Source of the DNA: a virus
Reading direction: 5' to 3' (one strand)
Length of the DNA: 64,000 nucleotides
IMG/VR virus record: IMGVR_UViG_3300045988_181613
Shown here: positions 33,433 to 42,059 of the stretch, piece by piece
How positions within the stretch are numbered: the stretch's first letter is position 1
Layout: the number at the start of each line of letters is the position of its first letter
Notes under the pieces: model-generated
What the model was told of the DNA's origin: nothing
Database searches by the model: none
What the model saw: the letters and a program-made list of their open reading frames with translations, nothing else
Translations under genes and position numbers: made by a program

Positions 33433-36180
33433 CTACTTGGTATCTCTATAACTACTAATTAATTCTAACGATACATCATCTACAAATCCCTTATTAATTG
33501 TATCTGCAACTTCTTTCTTTTCTTTCAATAATTTCCAAATTTTCATATCAATGGTTTCAGTACTTAACAAATAATAAATATTAATGTTTGATTTTTGTCC
33601 CATTCTTTCAAGTCGACCAATCGCTTGAACTAAATCACTTGGTTTCATAGGAAGCTCAATAATTAGTGCATTAGAACAGGCTTCTTGCAAACCATCAACT
33701 CCAGTGCCAATACACTGAATATTTGCAAATAAAATTCTTGTATTTGGATCAGTAATAAACTCCTCCTTAACTTTCATCTTTTTAGAAAGAGAAAGATCCC
33801 CTGTGATCAAACAACTATTCTCTATTTGTTGAGCCATTTCTATTAAAGGTTTCTTATGGATACCGAATACAATCAATTTTTCATCTTCATTTGCTTCCAT
33901 CCATTCTTTTATAAAAACAATCATTTGTTTTTGTTTCCCTTCTACAGAAAGCTGGAACAAAACATTTAATTGAACCAATTGATCCGCTCTTAATGCTTTT
34001 TCTATCTGATCTGGATTTACCTTTTCCAAATAATTAATAAGATCTTCCTCAGCCTGTGTATAAACTTTTTTATTGCTGATTTTCATTTCAATGAGCTGTT
34101 CTGTAATAGGAGGGAGCTCGTTTAATACTTCTCTCTTTTCTTTTCTAAAATAACAGTAGTGTCTTAACAACAAATGGAGTTCTTCAATATTACTACAACA
34201 AGAAACATCCCTTCCAAACTCTGTTACTTTCGCATTACAGTACCTGAAATCAAAATAATTGCTATCTGGAAATATATCAGTAAAGCGACCTAAAAATTTC
34301 AAAACATTTTTAAGTTCGCTTGGACGATTCATTATTATTGTACCACTTAAACCAATTCGTGTATTTATTTTAGAAGCTATTTGAATAAAAGCTTGGCTTC
34401 TCATAGCTTGACGATTTTTTAGAAGGTGAATTTCATCACCTACAATTGCATAATATTTATTTTGAATAAGTTCTGGAAATTTTACAATAACTTGCTTCTT
34501 TACTTTATTCAATAATTTTTTCTCTTCAAATTTTCCCAATAAATCATAGTTGATAACAACAACATCAGCTTCCCAATTCTGTTTTTTACCTGAATTAATT
34601 ATAGAAAGAGATCTATTTGGATTCCAAAGACTCCATTCTTTTTTCCATCCTTCCTTTACTGTTGAAGGGCAAACAATAATACAGGGAAACAAATCAAGTA
34701 ATTCTAAATAAATAATGGTTTGTGCTGTATTATGTGTCAATAAGCAATCTTCTCCACAAACATATAAAGCATCAGGGTTAGATACTTTAATACACTGCAT
34801 TTCCTTTTTTCCAATATATTCAACTTTGCAAATACTTCTATTAGGTGCTGTTTTTTTTGAATCGAGCAATAAATCTCTTTTTCTTTTTAATCTACAAGGA
34901 ATTATATCAGAGGGAAGATTGATTCCAATTCTATAATGTTCTCTACATTCCACTTTTTCTTTTTTAGAATTTACATAATAACTTCTTTTAGTTCTAATAG
35001 GATTGTGTATTCCTCCCAAACTTTTAACAATAAAGCCAACTTGCTCAACCAATTTTTTAGAAGTACAACCGAACTCTATAAGACCTGATTTAGAAATATA
35101 ACCATCAGAATCTAATATTCCTTGTAAGATCGCTAAACGAATTTCTTTTTTATTATAAATATAATCTTCAGGAATTTCTTTTTCATAAGAATATTTTTCC
35201 ATTAAATTATATTGTTCCAATATTTTTTTTACTCGATTTTGTCTTTTACTTATAGAATCAATAATATTGTAATCAAGTTTCTCTCCTGTCTTTTTCAAAA
35301 AACAACCTTCTGGGAACTTTAAATAAGTCAATATTTCTTTATCCGCACAAGATACTTTGGGATTTCTCCTTAAACAACCGTCTCCAATTAAAAAACCTAA
35401 AGTATAAGGATCAAGTAAAATTTTTCTTTCTTCAAATTCAATAGGATTTTTTATTATAGGGAGTTTCCATTTCCAATATCCCTTACTTTCATGTCCTTTT
35501 ATTCTTGTATTATTGCAAGATTTACCTCTTAATGGTGCATTCATTATTTCTTTTAAAGTTATGACTTGCAATGGATTCGTTTGCTTCCATGCACGAACAG
35601 ACCAAAAATGTTCATCGCAACATTCGACTGAAGATCCATCTGTAAAAGTTACTTTATAACAATCTTTTATTCCTTGAGGATAAACAGCTTCTATTTTTTG
35701 AGAATATCCATCTGAACCAAAAATTATATCGCCAGATTTTAAATCTCCAAAATTAACTAATCCTTTAGGTGTCGGAATTTTCATATCCAAAGGCTGAGCC
35801 TTACCCAAACCTACATCTGATCCATTTATACAATTTCCATGATTAAGCATGTAATGGATACCTTCGATCTGATAATCACGAGGTATCCTTTTTAAATTTA
35901 ATTCTGGTATCAGTAGTTTAACATCTTGAATAGAAATTTTTTCTCTAATAGGAGAAAGCTTAACATCTCTTTCCCTTTCTGGATATGCTTCTTTGAATTT
36001 ATTTTCCTCAATAAATTTATTGAGTATACCAATATTCCAAATTTCGGCTTTGACATACCATTCAAAATTTGCAGGATTCCAACTTCCTTTAAACCTGTTT
36101 TTAATCTCATTTAAGAGATCTTGATTATAGTCAAAACCGAAATAATAATAACCTTTCTCCTTATAAAAATATCTTTTCAT
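33433..36180 (-). CDS. SNF2-family helicase containing an intein
   Basis: DYQIEGIHYM; motif I split as DVGLGK / TAQTIIY; DEIHLLKN; LSGTIIMNRPSEL; QAIGRLERMGQKSNINIYYL. Confidence 0.9.
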   Translation of the reverse strand: MKRYFYKEKGYYYFGFDYNQDLLNEIKNRFKGSWNPANFEWYVKAEIWNIGILNKFIEENKFKEAYPERERDVKLSPIREKISIQDVKLLIPELNLKRIPRDYQIEGIHYMLNHGNCINGSDVGLGKAQPLDMKIPTPKGLVNFGDLKSGDIIFGSDGYSQKIEAVYPQGIKDCYKVTFTDGSSVECCDEHFWSVRAWKQTNPLQVITLKEIMNAPLRGKSCNNTRIKGHESKGYWKWKLPIIKNPIEFEERKILLDPYTLGFLIGDGCLRRNPKVSCADKEILTYLKFPEGCFLKKTGEKLDYNIIDSISKRQNRVKKILEQYNLMEKYSYEKEIPEDYIYNKKEIRLAILQGILDSDGYISKSGLIEFGCTSKKLVEQVGFIVKSLGGIHNPIRTKRSYYVNSKKEKVECREHYRIGINLPSDIIPCRLKRKRDLLLDSKKTAPNRSICKVEYIGKKEMQCIKVSNPDALYVCGEDCLLTHNTAQTIIYLELLDLFPCIIVCPSTVKEGWKKEWSLWNPNRSLSIINSGKKQNWEADVVVINYDLLGKFEEKKLLNKVKKQVIVKFPELIQNKYYAIVGDEIHLLKNRQAMRSQAFIQIASKINTRIGLSGTIIMNRPSELKNVLKFLGRFTDIFPDSNYFDFRYCNAKVTEFGRDVSCCSNIEELHLLLRHYCYFRKEKREVLNELPPITEQLIEMKISNKKVYTQAEEDLINYLEKVNPDQIEKALRADQLVQLNVLFQLSVEGKQKQMIVFIKEWMEANEDEKLIVFGIHKKPLIEMAQQIENSCLITGDLSLSKKMKVKEEFITDPNTRILFANIQCIGTGVDGLQEACSNALIIELPMKPSDLVQAIGRLERMGQKSNINIYYLLSTETIDMKIWKLLKEKKEVADTINKGFVDDVSLELISSYRDTK
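34729..35799 (-). mobile_element. Class 3 intein (357 aa) with LAGLIDADG endonuclease, in SNF2 motif I
   Basis: Starts with Ala (AQPLDMKIPTPKG, codon 35799..35797). Block B CDEHFW (Trp at B:12); block F MQCIKV (Cys at F:4); ends LLTHN (Thr at G:5; Asn codon 34731..34729) with Thr+1. LAGLIDADG motifs LGFLIGDGCL and LQGILDSDGYI. Confidence 0.8.
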
Positions 36181-36653
36181 TTATTCTTAAACACCTTTAC
36201 CAATACAAGAATTATAATTCCAAGAACTATTAAGGCTCCACTTGTAAATCCTTTCCAAAACCAATTCCATTTATTGGGAGCTGCTTTAACTTCTTCTTGT
36301 AATTGTTCATTCTGCTTATTGACCTTCGTTAATTCTTCAGTTAATACTTGGATCTTCAATTCTAAACTATCACAAGATGCAGTTACAAGTAACGTCCCAT
36401 CTTCTTGTTTCTCAACCGAGACAGTTGCTTGTCCTTTTTTCTCTTCTTTCTTCTCACCTACATCTAACTTATCTGGAAGTACAACTAAAGGTACATATGA
36501 TCCTGGTATTTTTATCAAACTATCTCCTGATGTTTTTTTCCAATACAAAGAATCATTTAAAGTTACAGTGAGATTAGTATTCTTGGTAGGAGTACTTCTA
36601 CAACCTACCAAGATACACATAAACACAAATACTATGCAAAACAGTTTCTTCAT
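36177..36653 (-). CDS. Lipoprotein with C-terminal TM anchor (u-spanin-like topology)
   Basis: MKKLFCIVFVFMCILVGC lipobox; coiled coil LELKIQVLTEELTKVNKQNEQLQEEV; C-terminal TM GFTSGALIVLGIIILVLVKVF. Confidence 0.55.
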   Translation of the reverse strand: MKKLFCIVFVFMCILVGCRSTPTKNTNLTVTLNDSLYWKKTSGDSLIKIPGSYVPLVVLPDKLDVGEKKEEKKGQATVSVEKQEDGTLLVTASCDSLELKIQVLTEELTKVNKQNEQLQEEVKAAPNKWNWFWKGFTSGALIVLGIIILVLVKVFKNK

Positions 36654-37960
36654 TTTTCAATAGTGATTAGTTCACTTGCATATGGAAGTGACTCGATCCA
36701 TTCACAAAATTCATGCCATACTGGCAATCTATGATTTTTTCTTTGAAAATAGATCCTACGAAGTGTCTGATAAGAAAATACTTGGATTCTTTTTTGAATA
36801 AAAGATTCTGGAAGTAATTCTTTGATCCTTCGTACATATTCGAAATCTTCGGTTTCTTGATACATAGAGGCTAATTCGTTGATAGAATCAATAGTCTGCT
36901 CATATATAGAAGCTAAACGAAACCAATAAGCAAGCTCTGAATCATATTGATCTAACTTTCCTTCAGTATATTTCCATATAAAAGACGAATCTACATTATA
37001 TAATTCAGCAATTTCTTTTAAAGTTTTACCTTCTTTCCTGAGACTTTTCCATTCTTTTATAGAATCATCAGACCATTTCGAAGAATTTTTAAAAGCAAGA
37101 TATCTTTGATGTAAAGTAGTCTCTCTTAAACCTGTATCAAAAGCATGTTTAGTGTTAATACTACTTGTACACCATTCAAGATTCGACGGAGAACAATTCC
37201 CTTTGTTACCATCAATATGATTTACAACTGGAAATTCATTAGGATTTGGACAAAAAGCCTCAGCTATTATTCTGTGAACAGAATAAGTTTTACCATTTAT
37301 CTTTCCTCCTAATCTCACTTGATAATAACCTTGTTGATTTCTAGTTACACCCAATTTGATTTTCTTCTTTTCAAAGTGTCGGATTCTTTTAATTCCGTTT
37401 CCCAAATCTTCTTCTCTATCGTAAGGCAAAGAAAAGATTTCTCCGTTATTCCATATCTCATATTCTCTACCTCCGTAAACTTTGACAATACTCTTTAATT
37501 CTTTAGGAGTTTCAAAAAACAAAGGCTGAATGATTCTTTCTTCTTTCTTAGGATCTAACATATCGACAACGATATCAGGTACATCAAAATTTCTGATAGA
37601 GAGATTTCCTTTACCTATTGTATGCATCGTCGATTCAGAAGATAGACGATCAGTCCCAACTCTATATGTGTCCAATTCTTGCCATATTTCTCTAGGGGCT
37701 TCAATTTCTGCATATACTTGCAATCCTCTGATAGCTTTCGCATGTTCATCACCTCTTTTGACAAGAGTTGACATAAGTTGCAAGTCTCTTTCATCAATAC
37801 AAAAATTACTTTTAAATGAGAGTCCTGTGCCCCTTGATGCCGGACCAGGAAGCCATTCTGCATCACTTCTCATTTCTTTACCAAAAGGCAATCTTAACGC
37901 TGCTAATACACTGACAAACCCTGCGATTTCCAATGTCGAAATCTTGAATCTTTCTTTCAT
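36650..37960 (-). CDS. ThyX-like (FAD-dependent thymidylate synthase fold) protein with degenerate catalytic motifs and an in-frame HNH endonuclease insertion
   Basis: DERDLQLMSTLVKRGDEHAKAIRGLQVYAEIEAPREIWQELDTYRVGTDRLSSESTMH parallels the ThyX core around RHR/SxRY. C-terminal VFSYQTLRRIYFQRKNHR parallels the ThyX NxRxLxxFxxxR helix. Confidence 0.6.
   Translation of the reverse strand: MKERFKISTLEIAGFVSVLAALRLPFGKEMRSDAEWLPGPASRGTGLSFKSNFCIDERDLQLMSTLVKRGDEHAKAIRGLQVYAEIEAPREIWQELDTYRVGTDRLSSESTMHTIGKGNLSIRNFDVPDIVVDMLDPKKEERIIQPLFFETPKELKSIVKVYGGREYEIWNNGEIFSLPYDREEDLGNGIKRIRHFEKKKIKLGVTRNQQGYYQVRLGGKINGKTYSVHRIIAEAFCPNPNEFPVVNHIDGNKGNCSPSNLEWCTSSINTKHAFDTGLRETTLHQRYLAFKNSSKWSDDSIKEWKSLRKEGKTLKEIAELYNVDSSFIWKYTEGKLDQYDSELAYWFRLASIYEQTIDSINELASMYQETEDFEYVRRIKELLPESFIQKRIQVFSYQTLRRIYFQRKNHRLPVWHEFCEWIESLPYASELITIEK
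36941..37489 (-). mobile_element. NUMOD4 + HNH_3 + HTH endonuclease module fused in frame inside the ThyX-like ORF (approximate limits)
   Basis: YEIWNNGEIFSLPY; YSVHRIIAEAFCPNPNEFPVVNHIDGNKGNCSPSNLEWCTSSINTKHA; GKTLKEIAELYNVDSSFIWKY. No intein junction residues at either side. Confidence 0.65.
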
Positions 37961-37967
37961 TTTTCTG

Positions 37968-39878
37968 CTATAAAGTTAATAATATATTTTCAAATTCTTC
38001 CGTATTTAGGATTGTAATTCCTAATTCCTGGGCTTTTTTAATTTTAGAAGAAGAACTATTCTTATCTTTTACAATAAGATGTGTGGTATTCTTTGAAACA
38101 CCGCTTACTACTTTATGCCCTTTATTTATAAGAGTATTCTCCCATTCTTTATTTCTGAAACCTGAAAAACAAACCGCTATTTGATTTTCAGCTGCTTCAA
38201 TTTTTTTATTCCAAACCATTGAAATTTTAATAGGATCTGCGTCTAACATAGAATATCTCTTGATACCTTCATTAAACACCATTGCAGTTGTTTCAGCCAC
38301 GCCTTCAATTGAAATTAGAATTTCAATAGGAAGTTCTTTAAGATCTAAAACACGTTCCATTGCAAACTCAGGTAACTTATCAAAAATCATTTGACAGGTC
38401 TTTTCACCAAAAGTTCCATTGAAAACATTGTAGGCTGTTAATAATTTAGCAAACGGAACTCCTTCTGATTTTAATTTACCGAATTGGTTAGTTAAACTTT
38501 CAACTAATGAAGCTCCAATTCCTTCGATTTTATCAAAATGTATTACATTAGAAATGATATCGTTTACAGTCTGATATCCCGCTTCGTAAATTTTTCGAAT
38601 TGTCGGTTCTCTAAAATTATCTATTCCCAATGTAGTAAAAAAGAAAACAAGCTTCTGTATTTTCTTTTCTTTACAATCAGAATTTGTACAAACGAGTTCC
38701 GTCATTGTATTATCCCATACTAACGGTTCTCCACAAGAAGGACAAATCATCATATTATCCATTTCACGCCTTCTGTCCTCTGCATTGGAACGAATAGTTT
38801 TAATGTGTTTAGGAATAACATCTCCTGATCTTGCAATTACGATAACAGCATTTTCACAAATATCGTTATCACAAAGATATCTCGCATTATGAGCGGTTGC
38901 TCTTTGAACTGTTGCACCACAAAGATCGATAGGATCAAAAATCAATACTGGTTTTGATTTTCCATCTTTGGAAATATTCCATTCGATTTTTTTTACAATC
39001 GTTTCTGCTCTCTCTGACCATTCTGGATTTTTAAAAGCAACTGCATAGCGAGGATTACCATTAGGCAAGCGACCAAGTTTCTTCCTCAAAAGAGAATTAT
39101 TAACCTCAATAACAAGCCCGTCACACTTATATTCATTCAAATTCTTGAAAATACCATCTAAGAATTTTAAAATAGAAGCATTATCATTATTAAAAACACT
39201 GGCTGTTGTAACCCAATACGAAGTACAATAGTTGAATATTCTTTGTATTTCATCCAGTTGAACTACTTTATCAAGATCATCCCTTGAAGTCCCATAACGC
39301 ACATATTGCACATGCTGCAACATGTCTTTATTTATATCCGGGGAATTAAATAATCCTGCTACACAATTCCGAGCCGATTTATATTCACCCTTATTTTTTA
39401 AGAAATCTCTTATTGGGAAAATCGCTTCACCAAAAGTATATTCAAAACATCCAGGTTTAGTTGCATTGATGACTCCATTTTGGATAGCTTCATAATGTTC
39501 ATCTGAACGTTGTCCTTCCACTCCGTCTCCTCTTGTATACGCTTCACGCGACCATTCGTCAACACAAAGACTAATTCCGTCATACTTAGGAGTAATAATA
39601 ACTTTATCAGTTGGTGTAAGTTGCCAGTTATTTTGAATAAATTTCTTTAACTCCTCAACATCTTTAATTTTTTCCAGAGAATACATAGGAATGGGAAGTT
39701 TTTCCATTCGTGTATTAGATTTCTCTATTATTCCTCTTTCAAAAATTTTATTTCCAGGATCCATACTTTTAAGTTGATCTATCAATAGATCATACTCAGT
39801 ATCACTAATTAAAGGCTCACCTTTTCGATAAGCTTCATTACAAGTGATAATTCTTTTTTCTAACTCTTTTACTGTCAT
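37968..39878 (-). CDS. ligA: NAD-dependent DNA ligase
   Basis: 636 aa; adenylation motif PKYDGISL; Zn finger CPSCGEPL...CTNSDC; HhH region; C-terminal BRCT-like AVCFSGFRNKEWE...THLIVKD. Confidence 0.9.
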   Translation of the reverse strand: MTVKELEKRIITCNEAYRKGEPLISDTEYDLLIDQLKSMDPGNKIFERGIIEKSNTRMEKLPIPMYSLEKIKDVEELKKFIQNNWQLTPTDKVIITPKYDGISLCVDEWSREAYTRGDGVEGQRSDEHYEAIQNGVINATKPGCFEYTFGEAIFPIRDFLKNKGEYKSARNCVAGLFNSPDINKDMLQHVQYVRYGTSRDDLDKVVQLDEIQRIFNYCTSYWVTTASVFNNDNASILKFLDGIFKNLNEYKCDGLVIEVNNSLLRKKLGRLPNGNPRYAVAFKNPEWSERAETIVKKIEWNISKDGKSKPVLIFDPIDLCGATVQRATAHNARYLCDNDICENAVIVIARSGDVIPKHIKTIRSNAEDRRREMDNMMICPSCGEPLVWDNTMTELVCTNSDCKEKKIQKLVFFFTTLGIDNFREPTIRKIYEAGYQTVNDIISNVIHFDKIEGIGASLVESLTNQFGKLKSEGVPFAKLLTAYNVFNGTFGEKTCQMIFDKLPEFAMERVLDLKELPIEILISIEGVAETTAMVFNEGIKRYSMLDADPIKISMVWNKKIEAAENQIAVCFSGFRNKEWENTLINKGHKVVSGVSKNTTHLIVKDKNSSSSKIKKAQELGITILNTEEFENILLTL

Positions 39879-40389
39879 TTTTCTTCGGTAATTTGTGAAA
39901 GTTGTGCCCTCAATCCTTCAATGGAATCACATCGATTAGGAACGATTTTTTCTGCTTTATCTACCTTTTCAATGAGAATTTTGTATGCTTCAGGGAATTG
40001 TTCTTGTAATTGTTTATACGTATTGATTGTATCAAGAACACAACTTGACTTCCCTCGAATCTCTTTTCTGGTTTTCTCCAATCTCATAATCTTGGGAAGG
40101 ATTGTATTCTTAATTTTTTCACAACCTTTACTTGCATTAAAACGATCCCAAAATTCTGGAATTGCACCACTAACTTTTGGTTGAGATAATGGAATATGAC
40201 AACCTTCTATTTTATGCATTAAGCACTTTATGTAATTGTAATAAAACCCCTTTTCGATATTGCAAACATTAGGGTACTTCTCGGCGAACTCGAGAACTTC
40301 TTTTGGTGTATTTGCTACGACAAACTCATCTACTACCTCACCGATTTCTTTACGATCTTTTCTTTTTGATACTGTGCTATTCGTGCCAT
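39875..40389 (-). CDS. Hypothetical protein encoded in two frames; needs a -1 shift at an A5 run
   Basis: Track ORF 39875..40219 stays open upstream without an ATG (…KDRKEIGEVVDEFVVANTPKEVLEFAEKYPNVCNIEKGFYYNYIKCLMHKIEG). ATG 40389 (MARIAQYQK) is in the other frame. The frames meet at A-run 40363..40367. Confidence 0.45.
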
Positions 40390-40392
40390 AAT

Positions 40393-40710
40393 TTAAAATT
40401 TATCATTTGTTATTGATTTATACCATTCAAACTGATCATGAGAGAAAGAGAAATTTCTTTTCTCAATACTTAGAATTCTTTGTTCCAGAATTACTTTATC
40501 TTGGATTACAGTATGTGCTCCAAAGTTTTCAATAATACTGGTAACCTCTCTTCCTCCCATAACTTCATTAGCAAAGAAGTCTCTTGACTTGGGTCTAAAA
40601 TCATCAAAAGTATAAAATTTTATACTTCCAAATTGGCCAACAACTATGAGCTGTTTTTCCATAGCACGAACAAAAGCCCATGCATTTTCTATAAGATTAT
40701 CTACTGTCAT
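40393..40710 (-). CDS. Hypothetical protein
   Basis: 105-aa ORF. Confidence 0.55.
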   Translation of the reverse strand: MTVDNLIENAWAFVRAMEKQLIVVGQFGSIKFYTFDDFRPKSRDFFANEVMGGREVTSIIENFGAHTVIQDKVILEQRILSIEKRNFSFSHDQFEWYKSITNDKF

Positions 40711-40713
40711 AAT

Positions 40714-41043
40714 TTAATTTCCAAAAAATCTTTTTAACGTATTATCTGCATGAAACTTTGCCTCTTCTTTTGTATTAGAAGACATGGTATGCTCTTGATG
40801 TCTTTTCTTCAAAATATCAGCCTTTTGTTCTGCACTCATGCCATTAAATTCTCCAATATTGATATTGGGAACTGTAGAATTTCTCTCTTCAATAAGAGCA
40901 AGAGGTTCACCACAATCTCTACAATTTGGTGTACGGGAAGGAACTAATTTGCCTTCTCTCAATACATACTGAACTTTATGTCCAGCAATCGTTTTCCTAA
41001 AACCAGGACAATCCGGATTTTCACAAAAGAATTTTAATGCCAT
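40714..41043 (-). CDS. Zn-ribbon protein
   Basis: CENPDCPGF...CRDCGEPL. Confidence 0.5.
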   Translation of the reverse strand: MALKFFCENPDCPGFRKTIAGHKVQYVLREGKLVPSRTPNCRDCGEPLALIEERNSTVPNINIGEFNGMSAEQKADILKKRHQEHTMSSNTKEEAKFHADNTLKRFFGN

Positions 41044-41044
41044 T

Positions 41045-41218
41045 TTATTCCTCCTTAATTGAATTTAACAATCTCGACATATCATTGAGCTTAGCTTGAA
41101 ACCAGATCCATTTATCTTTATTTTTTGAATGATTATCGATTAAATACTGGATATCTCTGCTTACGCCTTCTAATCTATCTTCGATTGAAGATACGAAGAA
41201 TTTTTCTGTTTTACACAT
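41045..41218 (-). CDS. Hypothetical small protein (57 aa, below track cutoff)
   Basis: Own translation MCKTEKFFVSSIEDRLEGVSRDIQYLIDNHSKNKDKWIWFQAKLNDMSRLLNSIKEE; tightly packed between neighbours. Confidence 0.45.
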   Translation of the reverse strand: MCKTEKFFVSSIEDRLEGVSRDIQYLIDNHSKNKDKWIWFQAKLNDMSRLLNSIKEE

Positions 41219-41220
41219 GA

Positions 41221-41721
41221 TTATAGATTTTTTCGTCGACCATATTCCGCTATTAATAACCCATCCATATCCTTATGTTTGGATATAACGTAATTAGGAA
41301 ACAATCTTGTTCCTATTTCAAGAGAAGCTTTTTTCAACTCTTCAGAACCTTTGATTCCTTTTGGTAAAAGCTCTTTTTGCCACTCCTTGCTATCAATAAA
41401 TTGATAAGGTATTTTTAAAGTTTCAATAATTACCAGAGTTGCTTCAAAAGCTCTCAAAGCTGTTACTGTTGATTGAAATCTTGTTGGATTAACCATAGGT
41501 CTTTCAATCAAAGCTAAAACCTGTAAATTCGGACCAGGAATATAAACACTTAATTTTCTTTGCAATTCAGTTCCTACTATTCTGGAAATTTCTTTCTTGG
41601 CCTTTGTATAATCTTGTCCTTTTACCACTGGCGTTTTGAAAAAATCAATAACACCTTCATCTCTTTCAATAACACCTATAGTTCCGGTAGTGCCATTGTC
41701 AATACCAATCCATATTTTCAT
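41221..41721 (-). CDS. RuvC-like Holliday junction resolvase (putative)
   Basis: N-terminal MKIWIGIDNGTTGTIGVI matches the GIDxG catalytic-Asp start of RuvC-fold resolvases; 166 aa. Confidence 0.55.
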   Translation of the reverse strand: MKIWIGIDNGTTGTIGVIERDEGVIDFFKTPVVKGQDYTKAKKEISRIVGTELQRKLSVYIPGPNLQVLALIERPMVNPTRFQSTVTALRAFEATLVIIETLKIPYQFIDSKEWQKELLPKGIKGSEELKKASLEIGTRLFPNYVISKHKDMDGLLIAEYGRRKNL

Positions 41722-42059
41722 TTCAACATAATTTTATCATAAAAATTTTTCGTTACCCATTTAAGATCTCCTCTATTTAAAATCTTAACAACTTTAAATA
41801 AGAGCGGACCTTTAAATGGATATAATCCACATACAAATATAGAGCCCCAATTTGCTCTACCGCCATGGGGAGCACAAATTGGCCCCTTTTTGGATTTATC
41901 ATGTAAAATCATAGCTTTCATCCTGTAGGTCCTTTTATCTGTCTTTACCTTATAATTAACCTCACAGCCTCGATATTGAGCTCTAACTATTTTACTTCCA
42001 CCTTTACCTATAAAGATATCTGTATTTGCATCCTTCGAATATCTTACTGAATATTTCAT
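41718..42059 (-). CDS. Hypothetical protein
   Basis: 113-aa ORF. Confidence 0.55.
   Translation of the reverse strand: MKYSVRYSKDANTDIFIGKGGSKIVRAQYRGCEVNYKVKTDKRTYRMKAMILHDKSKKGPICAPHGGRANWGSIFVCGLYPFKGPLLFKVVKILNRGDLKWVTKNFYDKIMLK

Noticed and set aside
36121-36663. 180-aa plus-strand ORF, and similar plus-strand ORFs (29945..30361, 37530..37973, 11340..11723, 17090..17437, 15763..16080, 30597..30935)
   Set aside because: They are antisense shadows of well-supported minus-strand genes. They have Leu/Phe/Ser-rich composition and no TATCTTTA-type plus-strand promoter. Only 14235..14513 has its own promoter.
36941-37489. Interpreting the HNH insert in the ThyX-like gene as an intein
   Set aside because: There is no Cys/Ser/Thr at the N-junction, no TxxH block, and no terminal His-Asn followed by a nucleophile. 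It is reported instead as an in-frame domain insertion.
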